Virus record (IMG/VR): IMGVR_UViG_3300010885_049703
Coordinates: 1 to 64,000 of that record
Origin: a virus
Reading direction: 5' to 3' (one strand)
DNA length: 64,000 nt
Shown here: piece after piece, positions 48,896 through 57,980 of the stretch
Position numbering within the stretch: the first letter of the stretch is position 1
Layout of the letters: each line of letters begins with the position of its first letter
The notes under the pieces: model-generated
Database searches by the model: none
Seen by the model: the letters and a program-made list of their open reading frames with translations, nothing else
What the model was told of the DNA's origin: nothing
Translations under genes and position numbers: made by a program

Positions 48896-50069
48896 TGAGT
48901 TGTTTGGTTAGGGTATTTAAGCGGTTGTATTTTGACGACCAAAATAACTGTTGATTATGTCTAGCATCATCTTCGCACTGTTGAATCCATAGATCTAGAT
49001 TTTGAATCAATATACTAGAGATCGCAGCACGAATATTGATCCAACGATATGTACTATCTTCAATTTGATCATAACCATTGATTATACAATGATCAAATGT
49101 TCGGTATCCCAATGATTTTAATGTAGCCAGGCTGTTTGGCGGTGCCACTAGGATAAAAGGTTGTGTATGTTTAATTGGCTTAAAAGTTTTTTCTGTTAAA
49201 AAAGTACCACCACTTTGGTCAGCATCAAACATTGTTTCCAACACAACATGAAAATAACTATCTTGAAAATGTTCAGGAACAAGTGTATGATGTTGATTTT
49301 GAGAAGTTGTATCTAAGTCATCGCATCTATATGGAGCACCAGTAAGAAATTGATCAATATAAAGTGGTAATTTAGGAAACCAATTAAGATCTATAGGGTT
49401 GTCATTGGAGTTTTCATTGATGCTCACTGTATTGTAACTCCAGTAGGCATTATCAAGCATGTGCGATCTATGCAAATCAGCAACAACAGCAGCACGCCAC
49501 CATTTGTGTGTACGGCTCAACATGGTAAATGTTTTACTACGTGCTGTATGTTGCCAAGTTAATGGTTTATGTTTTTTATTAGCTCGCCAATAAAATAATT
49601 CATGATCGGCAAAATAAAAAAATCCTGGTATATTAGAGGATGCAGTATTGCCACTAACAAACCTATAACATTCTGTACTAAGATTGTGCTGCAAACACAA
49701 TTCATCAAGTCTTGTTTTTTCATGTGCAGGGTTATCACCTTCGTGGTAATAAAATAATACATGTAACTGTCCTTGATGTACAAGTTTTAAAGTACTGGCC
49801 GGAATTAGATTAAAATAATCAACATCAAAATTAAAAAATCCCAAGCCTATGGGATAAAAACATTGTGCGGGAATATGATCGTCAACTGCGTAAAGTTCAA
49901 TAGGAAAATTGTGATCTTGGCCATAATACAGCAAACGCAAAGGAACTACAAACGGGTATTGACTGCCCAAGTGACTATATCCTTCGCCAAGATCTTGCAA
50001 GGGTACTAAATTGGGATAAGGTTCCCCATTGACAAAGTGATCAAATACTAAGTTTAGTTTGTAAGTCAT
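48879..50069 (-). CDS. glycosyltransferase-like protein (GT10-like TEK motif)
   Basis: Start re-set to ATG 50069. HVVLET...FLTEKTFKPI...QPF...LGYRTF motif. Confidence 0.5.
   Translation of the reverse strand: MTYKLNLVFDHFVNGEPYPNLVPLQDLGEGYSHLGSQYPFVVPLRLLYYGQDHNFPIELYAVDDHIPAQCFYPIGLGFFNFDVDYFNLIPASTLKLVHQGQLHVLFYYHEGDNPAHEKTRLDELCLQHNLSTECYRFVSGNTASSNIPGFFYFADHELFYWRANKKHKPLTWQHTARSKTFTMLSRTHKWWRAAVVADLHRSHMLDNAYWSYNTVSINENSNDNPIDLNWFPKLPLYIDQFLTGAPYRCDDLDTTSQNQHHTLVPEHFQDSYFHVVLETMFDADQSGGTFLTEKTFKPIKHTQPFILVAPPNSLATLKSLGYRTFDHCIINGYDQIEDSTYRWINIRAAISSILIQNLDLWIQQCEDDARHNQQLFWSSKYNRLNTLTKQLNDSIN
48914..48919 (-). promoter_or_regulatory. possible internal late promoter (TAAATA) for the amidinotransferase
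   Basis: TAAATA on the minus strand 18 nt upstream of ATG 48895, inside the upstream CDS. Could be a chance match. Confidence 0.3.
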
Positions 50070-51150
50070 CAAGCATCTCTTGCATTTCTTTCCATAATAC
50101 AGATTCAAAACTACCACTATAAAAATGATTGTAGTTGTGATTGATCACAGGTAAAATACTGTGAAACAATGTTGTTTTATCATCAGGGGTTAAACTATCA
50201 AGATGTTTCAACAGTTGTCCAATGAGTTCTATTCTCTTTTGGTCATCGGGCTCGTCGTCGTAACTTTCGTCCCAGAAATCACCAAAGGTTTGGAATCCAT
50301 AACTTCGCAAATATGCCAAGCTACCACACGTTCCTACTAATACAAACGGCATTTGTAGACAAATAGGTTTGAATACTTTTTCAGTTAGGTGTTGTCTAGC
50401 TCCTGTGGCAATAGTTTCGGTTACAAGATATAACAAACATTGACTTGACTCATTAAACAAATCTAGTTTTGAACTTTGACTTGCGGAAACTTCGCCTTCG
50501 TTTTCAAACTGTAGTGGTAATGTCTGTTGTGAAAATACAGATTGTATATCAGGGTACCACTGTAGCAGTGGTTCAACCGCATCAACAACAGATATGTTTT
50601 CGGCTGGGCAGATATCTGGACAACTAATCAGATTGTTAGTTAATTGATTTTTAAAAATATGATACAACATCAACAACCGATGATGTCGTTGCCCGGCTAC
50701 AATACGATTTGGAGCAATAAATGTGTGAGTAATTTTTCTTTGACTGGGATCAGTTACTAGATAGGTATAATTGTAACCCCGAAACCAATCCAATGCAGCC
50801 CATCCGTTATAAAAATAATAGAATTGGAGCCAATCATAGGTTTGACAAATTCTATCTACTGTGCTACTATTGTATTCGCTAGTGATAATAACACCATGTC
50901 CGGGGCATTTCAACACATTGTCTTGACTGGCAAAAATATGCTGTAACACCGGGCGCAACCGAGAGAAGTCTAACGGCTCTTGGTCAAATACGAATATATA
51001 ATTGAACTCGTTGCCCGGCGGTGCATAGTTTTTGAGATCAGCCAGCCGCGTGTGACCAGGTGGATCACAGAACCACATACGTGTTCTGGGAATGTTTCTT
51101 TTTATGAATGGCCAAAATGTATGATTGTAAATCTCGTCAATTCTAATCAT
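50041..51150 (-). CDS. glycosyltransferase-like protein (GT10-like TEK motif)
   Basis: LVTET...HLTEKVFKPI..QMPF..G..YGFQTF..FWDESYD motif. Confidence 0.5.
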   Translation of the reverse strand: MIRIDEIYNHTFWPFIKRNIPRTRMWFCDPPGHTRLADLKNYAPPGNEFNYIFVFDQEPLDFSRLRPVLQHIFASQDNVLKCPGHGVIITSEYNSSTVDRICQTYDWLQFYYFYNGWAALDWFRGYNYTYLVTDPSQRKITHTFIAPNRIVAGQRHHRLLMLYHIFKNQLTNNLISCPDICPAENISVVDAVEPLLQWYPDIQSVFSQQTLPLQFENEGEVSASQSSKLDLFNESSQCLLYLVTETIATGARQHLTEKVFKPICLQMPFVLVGTCGSLAYLRSYGFQTFGDFWDESYDDEPDDQKRIELIGQLLKHLDSLTPDDKTTLFHSILPVINHNYNHFYSGSFESVLWKEMQEMLDDLQTKLSI

Positions 51151-52819
51151 GTTTGATGTATTTTATTTTGATCGCAAGCCCAACTTATTCCCACATGAAC
51201 GTTGGGCAAAGAATTTAGAAGATGCAAAAACTCAAAGTCGTACTAGATTTTTCTGGGTAGTCAACTACTTATCGGACTATACAGACTTTGATTTTCTTTG
51301 GGAACCAACTCCCTGGGAAGCGCACCAACGACATGTTTGGCCCAGTCAATGGCAACGAGATGGTGGCACACAGTTAGTGCCCAAACAAGGATTTACGGAT
51401 ACCAATTACGATCACACTACAGTGCCAAGAAAAGCCGGCGTTGATATTGTGTATGTTGACCATGGCAACCCAGAATCTCCCACAGTTAAACTCACACAAC
51501 GTGTGAGATACGTCGACAATTACCTTGACACATTAAAACGCATTGCCGCAGCAGAAACCAATGAATGGATATGGATCACCAGCAGCATCTGCGACTACAC
51601 TGACTTTGATTTTTCATGGCATCCTGAACCTTGGCAAGCGGACATGCTGCATGTATTTGCCAGCGGTCAACAACGCTTTGGTGATACGTTTTACATGCAT
51701 GTACCCAGTGCCCGGCAACGTCTTGGTGATGTGGAATTATTAGATTGGTATGCATTGAACTTTGTTACAGATATTGTAGTACCGCGGCATCATATTCCAG
51801 TTAACTGGCATCGCAAGGACACACACATTGATGCAATAAAGCAGCACGAGTTTCGGGCACCTTTGGAAATATTCACTTGCACTAATGTTGATGTTCCGTT
51901 GCCTGAAGTTAACCTATGGCGTAGCAAGACTAAAACTATCGTATCATTAAGTGCAGGTGCATCGGCTGTGATAGTTCCGCAAGTGGCAGCACCCACAATT
52001 AAAACACAACTCTATGATTATCCTTACATAGATAAGACCTATAACAATTGTGTGGAAGATCGTTTACAAGATGTAATCTTTATCAGCAACGGCGAGCCCA
52101 TGGCCGAAGCGAATTGGAACAATCTACAAGAACTGTGTCCCAGAGCACGTCGTAGCGATGGAGTTACCGGCCGTGAAGCAGCATACAAAGCAGCAGCCGC
52201 TATGAGTGACACACCTTGGTTCTTTGCTGTGTTTGCCAAAACAGAAGTGTTACCTGAATTCAAATTTGATTTCCAACCTGATCGTATGCAACAGCCCAAG
52301 CACTATATTTTTCACAGTCGCAATCCAGTTAATGGATTAGAGTATGGTGCCATGAATATTAACTTGTACAATCGCCAACTCACCTTAGATACACGACCCG
52401 GCTTAGACTTCACATTGAGTTCGGCACATGAAGTAGTACCCATCGTAGCCAGTATCTCAAGATTCAACACTGATCCTTGGATCAGTTGGCGCAGTGCATT
52501 TAGAGAAGTGTTGAAACTAAAGCGTGAAGTTGACTTTGGTGCTGACGTAGAAATACAATATCGTCTAGACACATGGTGTACTCGTGCTGAAGGAGAAAAT
52601 GCTGAATGGGTGTTGCAAGGTGCACAGGATGCCTTGGCATATTATGCGGAAGTCAACGGGCGACTATCACAGTTACAGTTGAGCTTTGACTGGGCTTGGT
52701 TAAAACAATGGTTTGAAAGCCGGCATGGATACCAGCTATGGGCTAAAACTGATCAACAAACTCCTGAGTCACAAACCAATTTAGATATTGCTCAACTCCT
52801 AATTCAAGGGATATTGTAG
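51149..52819 (+). CDS. multi-domain glycosyltransferase-like protein with internal repeat
   Basis: Two DYTDFDFxWxPxPW...HV repeats. C-terminal domain is paralogous to 33876-34802 but has VFAKT in place of IDGDN. Confidence 0.55.
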   Translation: MFDVFYFDRKPNLFPHERWAKNLEDAKTQSRTRFFWVVNYLSDYTDFDFLWEPTPWEAHQRHVWPSQWQRDGGTQLVPKQGFTDTNYDHTTVPRKAGVDIVYVDHGNPESPTVKLTQRVRYVDNYLDTLKRIAAAETNEWIWITSSICDYTDFDFSWHPEPWQADMLHVFASGQQRFGDTFYMHVPSARQRLGDVELLDWYALNFVTDIVVPRHHIPVNWHRKDTHIDAIKQHEFRAPLEIFTCTNVDVPLPEVNLWRSKTKTIVSLSAGASAVIVPQVAAPTIKTQLYDYPYIDKTYNNCVEDRLQDVIFISNGEPMAEANWNNLQELCPRARRSDGVTGREAAYKAAAAMSDTPWFFAVFAKTEVLPEFKFDFQPDRMQQPKHYIFHSRNPVNGLEYGAMNINLYNRQLTLDTRPGLDFTLSSAHEVVPIVASISRFNTDPWISWRSAFREVLKLKREVDFGADVEIQYRLDTWCTRAEGENAEWVLQGAQDALAYYAEVNGRLSQLQLSFDWAWLKQWFESRHGYQLWAKTDQQTPESQTNLDIAQLLIQGIL

Positions 52820-53705
52820 GATTCCAGTCAGTTACAGTTTTTAGTTTGTCACTGTCAAGAGTATCTCTATTGGGATAAAATGCATCGTGTGGTTGAGTGA
52901 TAATCTCAGCCGGAAGCCTTGCTGCAATTAGTTCTGCCGCTTCGATAATCTTTCTTCCCTGTCCTCTTGTGCAATTAAAAATTTCATTGGCTGCAGCAGG
53001 GTGTACAGCCGCAGTGACAAAAGCAGCAGCAACATCAGTGACATAACTAAAGTCTAATCGATTGTCAGGACCGTTCACATGTATCCGGCCAGTCTTGATG
53101 GCACCCACAGTCATCTTACTGATCACACGTACTACCATATCACGCACACCATACAATGCACTGGGGCGTAGAATACTGTATTCTAAGCCATGCTCGTGCT
53201 GCCAAATCTTACACATACGTTCGCATTGTAGTTTATAACTTCCGTACAATGTCAATGGATTACATTCAGCAGTTTCATTGGGAATATTACCACCAAAGTC
53301 TCCATATACCATTGACGAACTGGCCAATACAAAACGTTGAACTTTAAACTCCACACATAGATCCAATGCAATGGCAGTGGCTGCAATCATGTTAGTTGTG
53401 GCATCAACTACATTCTTCTTCACCATCTTGGCATTGGGGTATGTGGCAAGATCAATCACAACATCAGGGCCAACCTCAGAAAATACTTGTCGCAATTTTT
53501 CAGAGTTGCAGACATCAACATTCCATGCTGAATGGAATCCTATAAAGGCAGTGCGTTGGTCAAGCACAGGATTATATTCCCAATCCTTATACTCGCCGTA
53601 TTGATGATGTATGTCAACAACGTTGACTTGATGACCAAGATCAATGAGCTGGCGTGCAACATTGTGTCCGATAAATCCATGTCCACCTAGTATTAATATT
53701 TTCAT
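52743..53705 (-). CDS. NAD-dependent nucleotide-sugar epimerase/dehydratase (extended SDR)
   Basis: GGHGFIG, SSSMVYG and YGSYK motifs. Confidence 0.9.
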   Translation of the reverse strand: MKILILGGHGFIGHNVARQLIDLGHQVNVVDIHHQYGEYKDWEYNPVLDQRTAFIGFHSAWNVDVCNSEKLRQVFSEVGPDVVIDLATYPNAKMVKKNVVDATTNMIAATAIALDLCVEFKVQRFVLASSSMVYGDFGGNIPNETAECNPLTLYGSYKLQCERMCKIWQHEHGLEYSILRPSALYGVRDMVVRVISKMTVGAIKTGRIHVNGPDNRLDFSYVTDVAAAFVTAAVHPAAANEIFNCTRGQGRKIIEAAELIAARLPAEIITQPHDAFYPNRDTLDSDKLKTVTDWNPTISLELGVEQYLNWFVTQEFVDQF

Positions 53706-54739
53706 TGCAATACCTTGGCTATTTGTTCTACTTCACTGTCAGTTAGTGTGTGTTGGTTAGGCACAGTGAAACTTTGTCGTGCCAATTCATCGGCTCGTGG
53801 ACAATTGGCAGTATACAGCGTTTCCCGATGAACTGGCCTTGAATAGTGTACGGCTATGTCAATCGCTTGTTGTTGAAACTGTTTGATAACGATGTCTCGT
53901 TGCAACGATTTAAAAACTAGTTTACTGTAATCGTGTGCCCTTAGATTGGTATCTAACACACACTGGTGTTGACTTTGTGCAATAAGAAATTGCGCTATCT
54001 CATGCCTTCTGCGCTGCCATTGTGTAGCCAGTTCCAACCCAACGCTAATACACGCTGCTTCAAAACTACTGATCATACTGTTCATTCCTGGTGCAATACT
54101 TGCATCGGTATTTTTCTTCTTGCCGTGTAATCGCAGCAGTTGAGCCATGGCAGCAATGTCATCATCATCAGTGAGTACGGCTCCGCCACTGCCCCAGCTA
54201 CTGATAGGTTTACTGGGTGAAAAACTAACACAGGCAACCGTGCCTTGGTTGGCACTCCAAGTTGTACCGTTGTGACTCATTAAACTTTGAGCAGCATCAC
54301 AAATCACAGGTATGCCTAGTTGATCTAATGCGGCCCAGTTGCTCATGTTGCCAAATATATCCACTGCCACCACAGCAGCGCAGTCTTTGATTTGACTTAC
54401 ATCAATACAATAATTGTCAACAACATCAACCGCAATTGGTATATGACCGGCTCTGACAATAGCATGTGCCGTGGCAGTGAATGTGTAGGTGCTTACGGCA
54501 ATTCTACTTTGTGGGGGAAGATTCAAACACCATATGGCAATGATCAGTGCATCAGTGCAACTGGCAGTTGTGACACAATGTTTTCTATGAAACGTTGTGG
54601 CTAGCCTTGTTTCTAATCGTTGTACCAGTGCTGAGTTTTGAGCTAGGCCCTGTTGATGATCTTCGTTGAGCATTGTCCAGACTTGATCACGTATCTGAGT
54701 CCAGTTGCGAGCATTTTGGAATAGTGCGATGTTACTCAT
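53702..54739 (-). CDS. DegT/DnrJ/EryC1/StrS PLP-dependent sugar aminotransferase
   Basis: SCTDAL, TFTAT, DAAQS and SFSPSKP..GSGG with the catalytic Lys. Confidence 0.9.
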   Translation of the reverse strand: MSNIALFQNARNWTQIRDQVWTMLNEDHQQGLAQNSALVQRLETRLATTFHRKHCVTTASCTDALIIAIWCLNLPPQSRIAVSTYTFTATAHAIVRAGHIPIAVDVVDNYCIDVSQIKDCAAVVAVDIFGNMSNWAALDQLGIPVICDAAQSLMSHNGTTWSANQGTVACVSFSPSKPISSWGSGGAVLTDDDDIAAMAQLLRLHGKKKNTDASIAPGMNSMISSFEAACISVGLELATQWQRRRHEIAQFLIAQSQHQCVLDTNLRAHDYSKLVFKSLQRDIVIKQFQQQAIDIAVHYSRPVHRETLYTANCPRADELARQSFTVPNQHTLTDSEVEQIAKVLQ

Positions 54740-55352
54740 AAGAATTCACTATTGTAAAACATTCAGCAAGCGTTTGCCTATTCTTCTGCGCCCAATATTG
54801 ATTGGCAGTGTAGATATACGCAATATCTGACTGGGATAGATAACTGCCGTAACATTCCAGCAATTGACGTTTGAATGTCCAATGATCAGCAATACCAACG
54901 TAATAGTTGGCAGTGCGTTGATAGTCATGGCAATAAGGCCAACTATGCATTAACCAAGTCTGACGGGCATGCTTCTTTACATAAGGCCAAGCCAGTTCAT
55001 AGGTGGCTCTGTGGTCTTGATGACTGTCTTCAGGATTGGGGATAATTGCAATGTCACATGACTCCAACAGATCGTGTAGTTGAGTCATGATTACATTATT
55101 GACTACAAGATTTGGCCTGCCGCCGGTGTGCAAGGGAGTGGGCAATACTCTAAGATCCCAGCCACTCAATTTATAACTGGCCGCAAGTTCATTGGTTACA
55201 ATGGCTGTGGTTCGGGTGGGATTGACTTCAGTGCTGGGTTGTACAGCAACCACACTGATGATTTCTGCACCCTGCTCTTGATAACGTCTGAGAGTACCGG
55301 CACAGGCAATCTCTACATCATCGGGGTGAGCACTGACAACGAGTATTTTCAT
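54732..55352 (-). CDS. PIG-L/LmbE-family N-deacetylase
   Basis: AHPDD and HQDH metal-binding motifs. Start re-set to the ATGA-coupled ATG 55352. Confidence 0.9.
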   Translation of the reverse strand: MKILVVSAHPDDVEIACAGTLRRYQEQGAEIISVVAVQPSTEVNPTRTTAIVTNELAASYKLSGWDLRVLPTPLHTGGRPNLVVNNVIMTQLHDLLESCDIAIIPNPEDSHQDHRATYELAWPYVKKHARQTWLMHSWPYCHDYQRTANYYVGIADHWTFKRQLLECYGSYLSQSDIAYIYTANQYWAQKNRQTLAECFTIVNSYE

Positions 55353-55504
55353 GACCACCTCAACAAATATAACATGTAGTCCGCCTCATTGCGAAAGTAT
55401 AGATAGCCTCGATCACGACACCAACGAATATCTTGATCACCAAATGTTTGTTCACACCATTGCATTCTTGCCCATGCTTCTGGTATCTTTGCTCGATAGG
55501 TCAT
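55349..55504 (-). CDS. 51-aa small protein of the '...LxWS' family
   Basis: Not in ORF track. MTYRAKIPEAWARMQWCEQTFGDQDIRWCRDRGYLYFRNEADYMLYLLRWS. ATGA-coupled at both ends. Confidence 0.75.
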   Translation of the reverse strand: MTYRAKIPEAWARMQWCEQTFGDQDIRWCRDRGYLYFRNEADYMLYLLRWS

Positions 55505-55734
55505 GACCATTTTAATTTAAACCACACTGCTGGTTTTTCGTCTTTAAAGTAGTAACACCAGGAACTCATTATATAATCTACCTTGGATCTATAACCTCGT
55601 TCACGTAGCCATGAATTTAAATCATCTAACGTATAAGGCTCAATGCTAGGACGCAACTCTACCTTGTATATGAATCCTTGTTCAGCTAATCTGACACTGT
55701 AAGGTCTGCTCAACGGGTTACTGTGATCTTTCAT
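55501..55734 (-). CDS. small hypothetical protein ('FKLKWS' family)
   Basis: 77 aa, ATGA-coupled at both ends. Ends YFKDEKPAVWFKLKWS. Confidence 0.7.
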   Translation of the reverse strand: MKDHSNPLSRPYSVRLAEQGFIYKVELRPSIEPYTLDDLNSWLRERGYRSKVDYIMSSWCYYFKDEKPAVWFKLKWS

Positions 55735-56690
55735 TGCCAGTGTGTGCTAGTAGTCAGCCAATTGTAATAAGATAAGAATCCTTCAGCAACATCAACTTTG
55801 GGATCATACCCAAAGTCTTGACGAGCAGCATCAATGTTCAGTGATCCACGACTGGGGAAGTCTAGATCACGATCCCCGACTTGAATAGATCCTTGCCCCA
55901 CTATGCTGACAATCATTTCAGCTGCCTGCAACAATGTCACGGAATGACTTTTTGTTATATTATACGTGCGATTCTTTGTTTGGTCAATCAAACTGGCATT
56001 AGCGATACCTTCGGCGGCATCATCAACATAGGTAAAGTCCAAAGTTTCCGCGGCACCATTTACGTTTAACCAGCCGCCACGCAATGCCTGCATCATGAAT
56101 CGTGATATAACACGGTCTTCAACATCCAACGGTCCATATACCGCACTGGGACGAATGATGGTGTAATCAAAACAGCCGCGTCGCTGGTAATCTTTTACTA
56201 GAGCCTCGCCGGCAAGTTTCATTATACCATATTGTCCTTGTGGGCGACATATAGCATCTTCACGCACATCATCTCGGAAATCACCGTAGACCATTGAGCT
56301 TGATATGTACACAAAACGTTTGACACTGTGTGCATTCGCGCTTTCCAGCATGTTGATCAGTCCTTCAATCATCACCTTTGCTCCCAATCCAGGATTGGCA
56401 TTTACTACTTTTTGTCGGGGAAAGCTGGCCATGTGTATTACAACATCAGGCTGTTCGCCCGCAATGATGCTGTTGACTGCAGCCGCATCTGCAATGTCGT
56501 TGGTATAGCAACGTACTGATAGTGGAAATTTTACTCGACGCTGTTGTATCAAGTAGTCAAGTTCTTGTTGTGGGATGACACCATAGTTGGTGAGATTGTC
56601 AATAACTGCTACATCGTGCCCAAGGCGTGTTAGATGAAGCACGGTATTGTGCCCAATTAATCCAAGCCCACCTGTGATCAATACTTTCAT
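55731..56690 (-). CDS. NAD-dependent nucleotide-sugar epimerase/dehydratase (extended SDR)
   Basis: GGLGLIG, SSSMVYG and YGIMK motifs. Paralog of 52743-53705. Start re-set to 56690. Confidence 0.9.
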   Translation of the reverse strand: MKVLITGGLGLIGHNTVLHLTRLGHDVAVIDNLTNYGVIPQQELDYLIQQRRVKFPLSVRCYTNDIADAAAVNSIIAGEQPDVVIHMASFPRQKVVNANPGLGAKVMIEGLINMLESANAHSVKRFVYISSSMVYGDFRDDVREDAICRPQGQYGIMKLAGEALVKDYQRRGCFDYTIIRPSAVYGPLDVEDRVISRFMMQALRGGWLNVNGAAETLDFTYVDDAAEGIANASLIDQTKNRTYNITKSHSVTLLQAAEMIVSIVGQGSIQVGDRDLDFPSRGSLNIDAARQDFGYDPKVDVAEGFLSYYNWLTTSTHWQ

Positions 56691-57013
56691 TGCGACCACT
56701 TTAATTTAAAGAATGTATAGTTTTGTTCACTCATCTCGCCTTCCAAGGCAATTTTGTATCCAAGTGATATTGGATCAGCCAAAGTATGAAAGTAGATGTC
56801 GCCTTCGCAGTGTTCCGTACACCACTGACCTTTTTCCGTCTGTTGCCATTCTTGAATTGTGAATGATGCATAAAGCATGGGATCTTCAACATCACCGACT
56901 GTAAAATTATGCAACATAACTTTTTGTGTCTGCATGTATGACCTGGGATTGTTATGAAATTTAAATCGTTCCGGAAGCTGGCCAGGCCAAGTTTTACTAA
57001 AAGTGATTGCCAT
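56687..57013 (-). CDS. small hypothetical protein ('FKLKWS' family)
   Basis: 108 aa overlapping the thyX stop and the epimerase start. Ends TFFKLKWSQ. Confidence 0.65.
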   Translation of the reverse strand: MAITFSKTWPGQLPERFKFHNNPRSYMQTQKVMLHNFTVGDVEDPMLYASFTIQEWQQTEKGQWCTEHCEGDIYFHTLADPISLGYKIALEGEMSEQNYTFFKLKWSQ

Positions 57014-57674
57014 TAACTAACTCCGCAGCCATTGGAAATATTTTTGCAATTACATTGGCGCAGGCCACAGCAACTTCTTGATGTTCTTTTTGTGTGCCGT
57101 TGCCACTGCGCAGTTCAATAAAATGTATCCAACTACGCAAAGTGCCATTCATGTACAGTCGACTTTCCATGATACCTTCGGGCAACACTGCACGAGCTTG
57201 TTCTTTGGCAATGCCATTGTCAACTGCCCACTTATACGCTTCGCGACTGGCAGCTATCACATTCATTTGACGAATCTTCCATTCGTGTTCAAGTTCTTGG
57301 TCATCAGTTTCAATGCTGTTTTGACGATTCTTGGTATCTTGCAGTCGTGCATCACGCAACACAAAGTTTAGATCCTTTGTGGGATCGGCGTAACGTTGCG
57401 AGAACTCTTGGAAACTAAAACTACGATGACGTAAGATCTGTCGAGCAATGTCTCTTGTAGTGGTAATTTCTATACAAGCACTGACCATCTCAAGTGGACT
57501 CCAGTGTTGGTGCTTGATCAAATAGCGTATGAGTTTTTCGCTTGACTCAGTGTTGAGTTGATTACTGGGGTTACTGACACGAGCGCAATAGGCAATAAGT
57601 TCTTGAGCATCACCTATACCTAGCCCAGTTAGTTCAGCCGTGGGCTCGCTAGAAGAAATCAGTCTGACGTTCAT
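56997..57674 (-). CDS. thyX: FAD-dependent thymidylate synthase
   Basis: ThyX signature RHRSFSFQEFSQRY, plus HWSPLE and KEQARAVLP. Confidence 0.95.
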   Translation of the reverse strand: MNVRLISSSEPTAELTGLGIGDAQELIAYCARVSNPSNQLNTESSEKLIRYLIKHQHWSPLEMVSACIEITTTRDIARQILRHRSFSFQEFSQRYADPTKDLNFVLRDARLQDTKNRQNSIETDDQELEHEWKIRQMNVIAASREAYKWAVDNGIAKEQARAVLPEGIMESRLYMNGTLRSWIHFIELRSGNGTQKEHQEVAVACANVIAKIFPMAAELVNGNHF

Positions 57675-57980
57675 TTATAGGCCGCTTAAAATTTTGTTGG
57701 TTTCGGGTTGCACCAGCTCGGCCACAGCATTGACGTCAAGCACAAATTCAATATCTTGTACTTCGTCGCCAAGCTCGGCTAGTTGGCGGGTTATGAGAAT
57801 TTCAATTTCTTCTAACTCAAGGCCTTGTTTCTTCAGCGTGTGAAAGTTAATAGTTTTCTGACGCCGGCCTTCTATTTTGATTATAACTTTTTTGATACAT
57901 TCAAGGGGAACAGCAGTTTTTTCATCAATACCTGAAATTATGTGTTCCCACTTCTCGAGAAAATCATCACTGAGCTTCAT
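57675..57980 (-). CDS. hypothetical protein
   Basis: Start re-set to ATG 57980 (MKLSDDF...). Abuts thyX. Confidence 0.6.
   Translation of the reverse strand: MKLSDDFLEKWEHIISGIDEKTAVPLECIKKVIIKIEGRRQKTINFHTLKKQGLELEEIEILITRQLAELGDEVQDIEFVLDVNAVAELVQPETNKILSGL

Noticed and set aside
31686-57013. Host LPS/capsule locus or classical antibiotic cluster mis-joined to the phage
   Set aside because: No transporter, flippase, polymerase, regulator or resistance gene is present. Phage-type small ORFs and motifs are interleaved, and no junction is evident. Read-level confirmation is still advisable.
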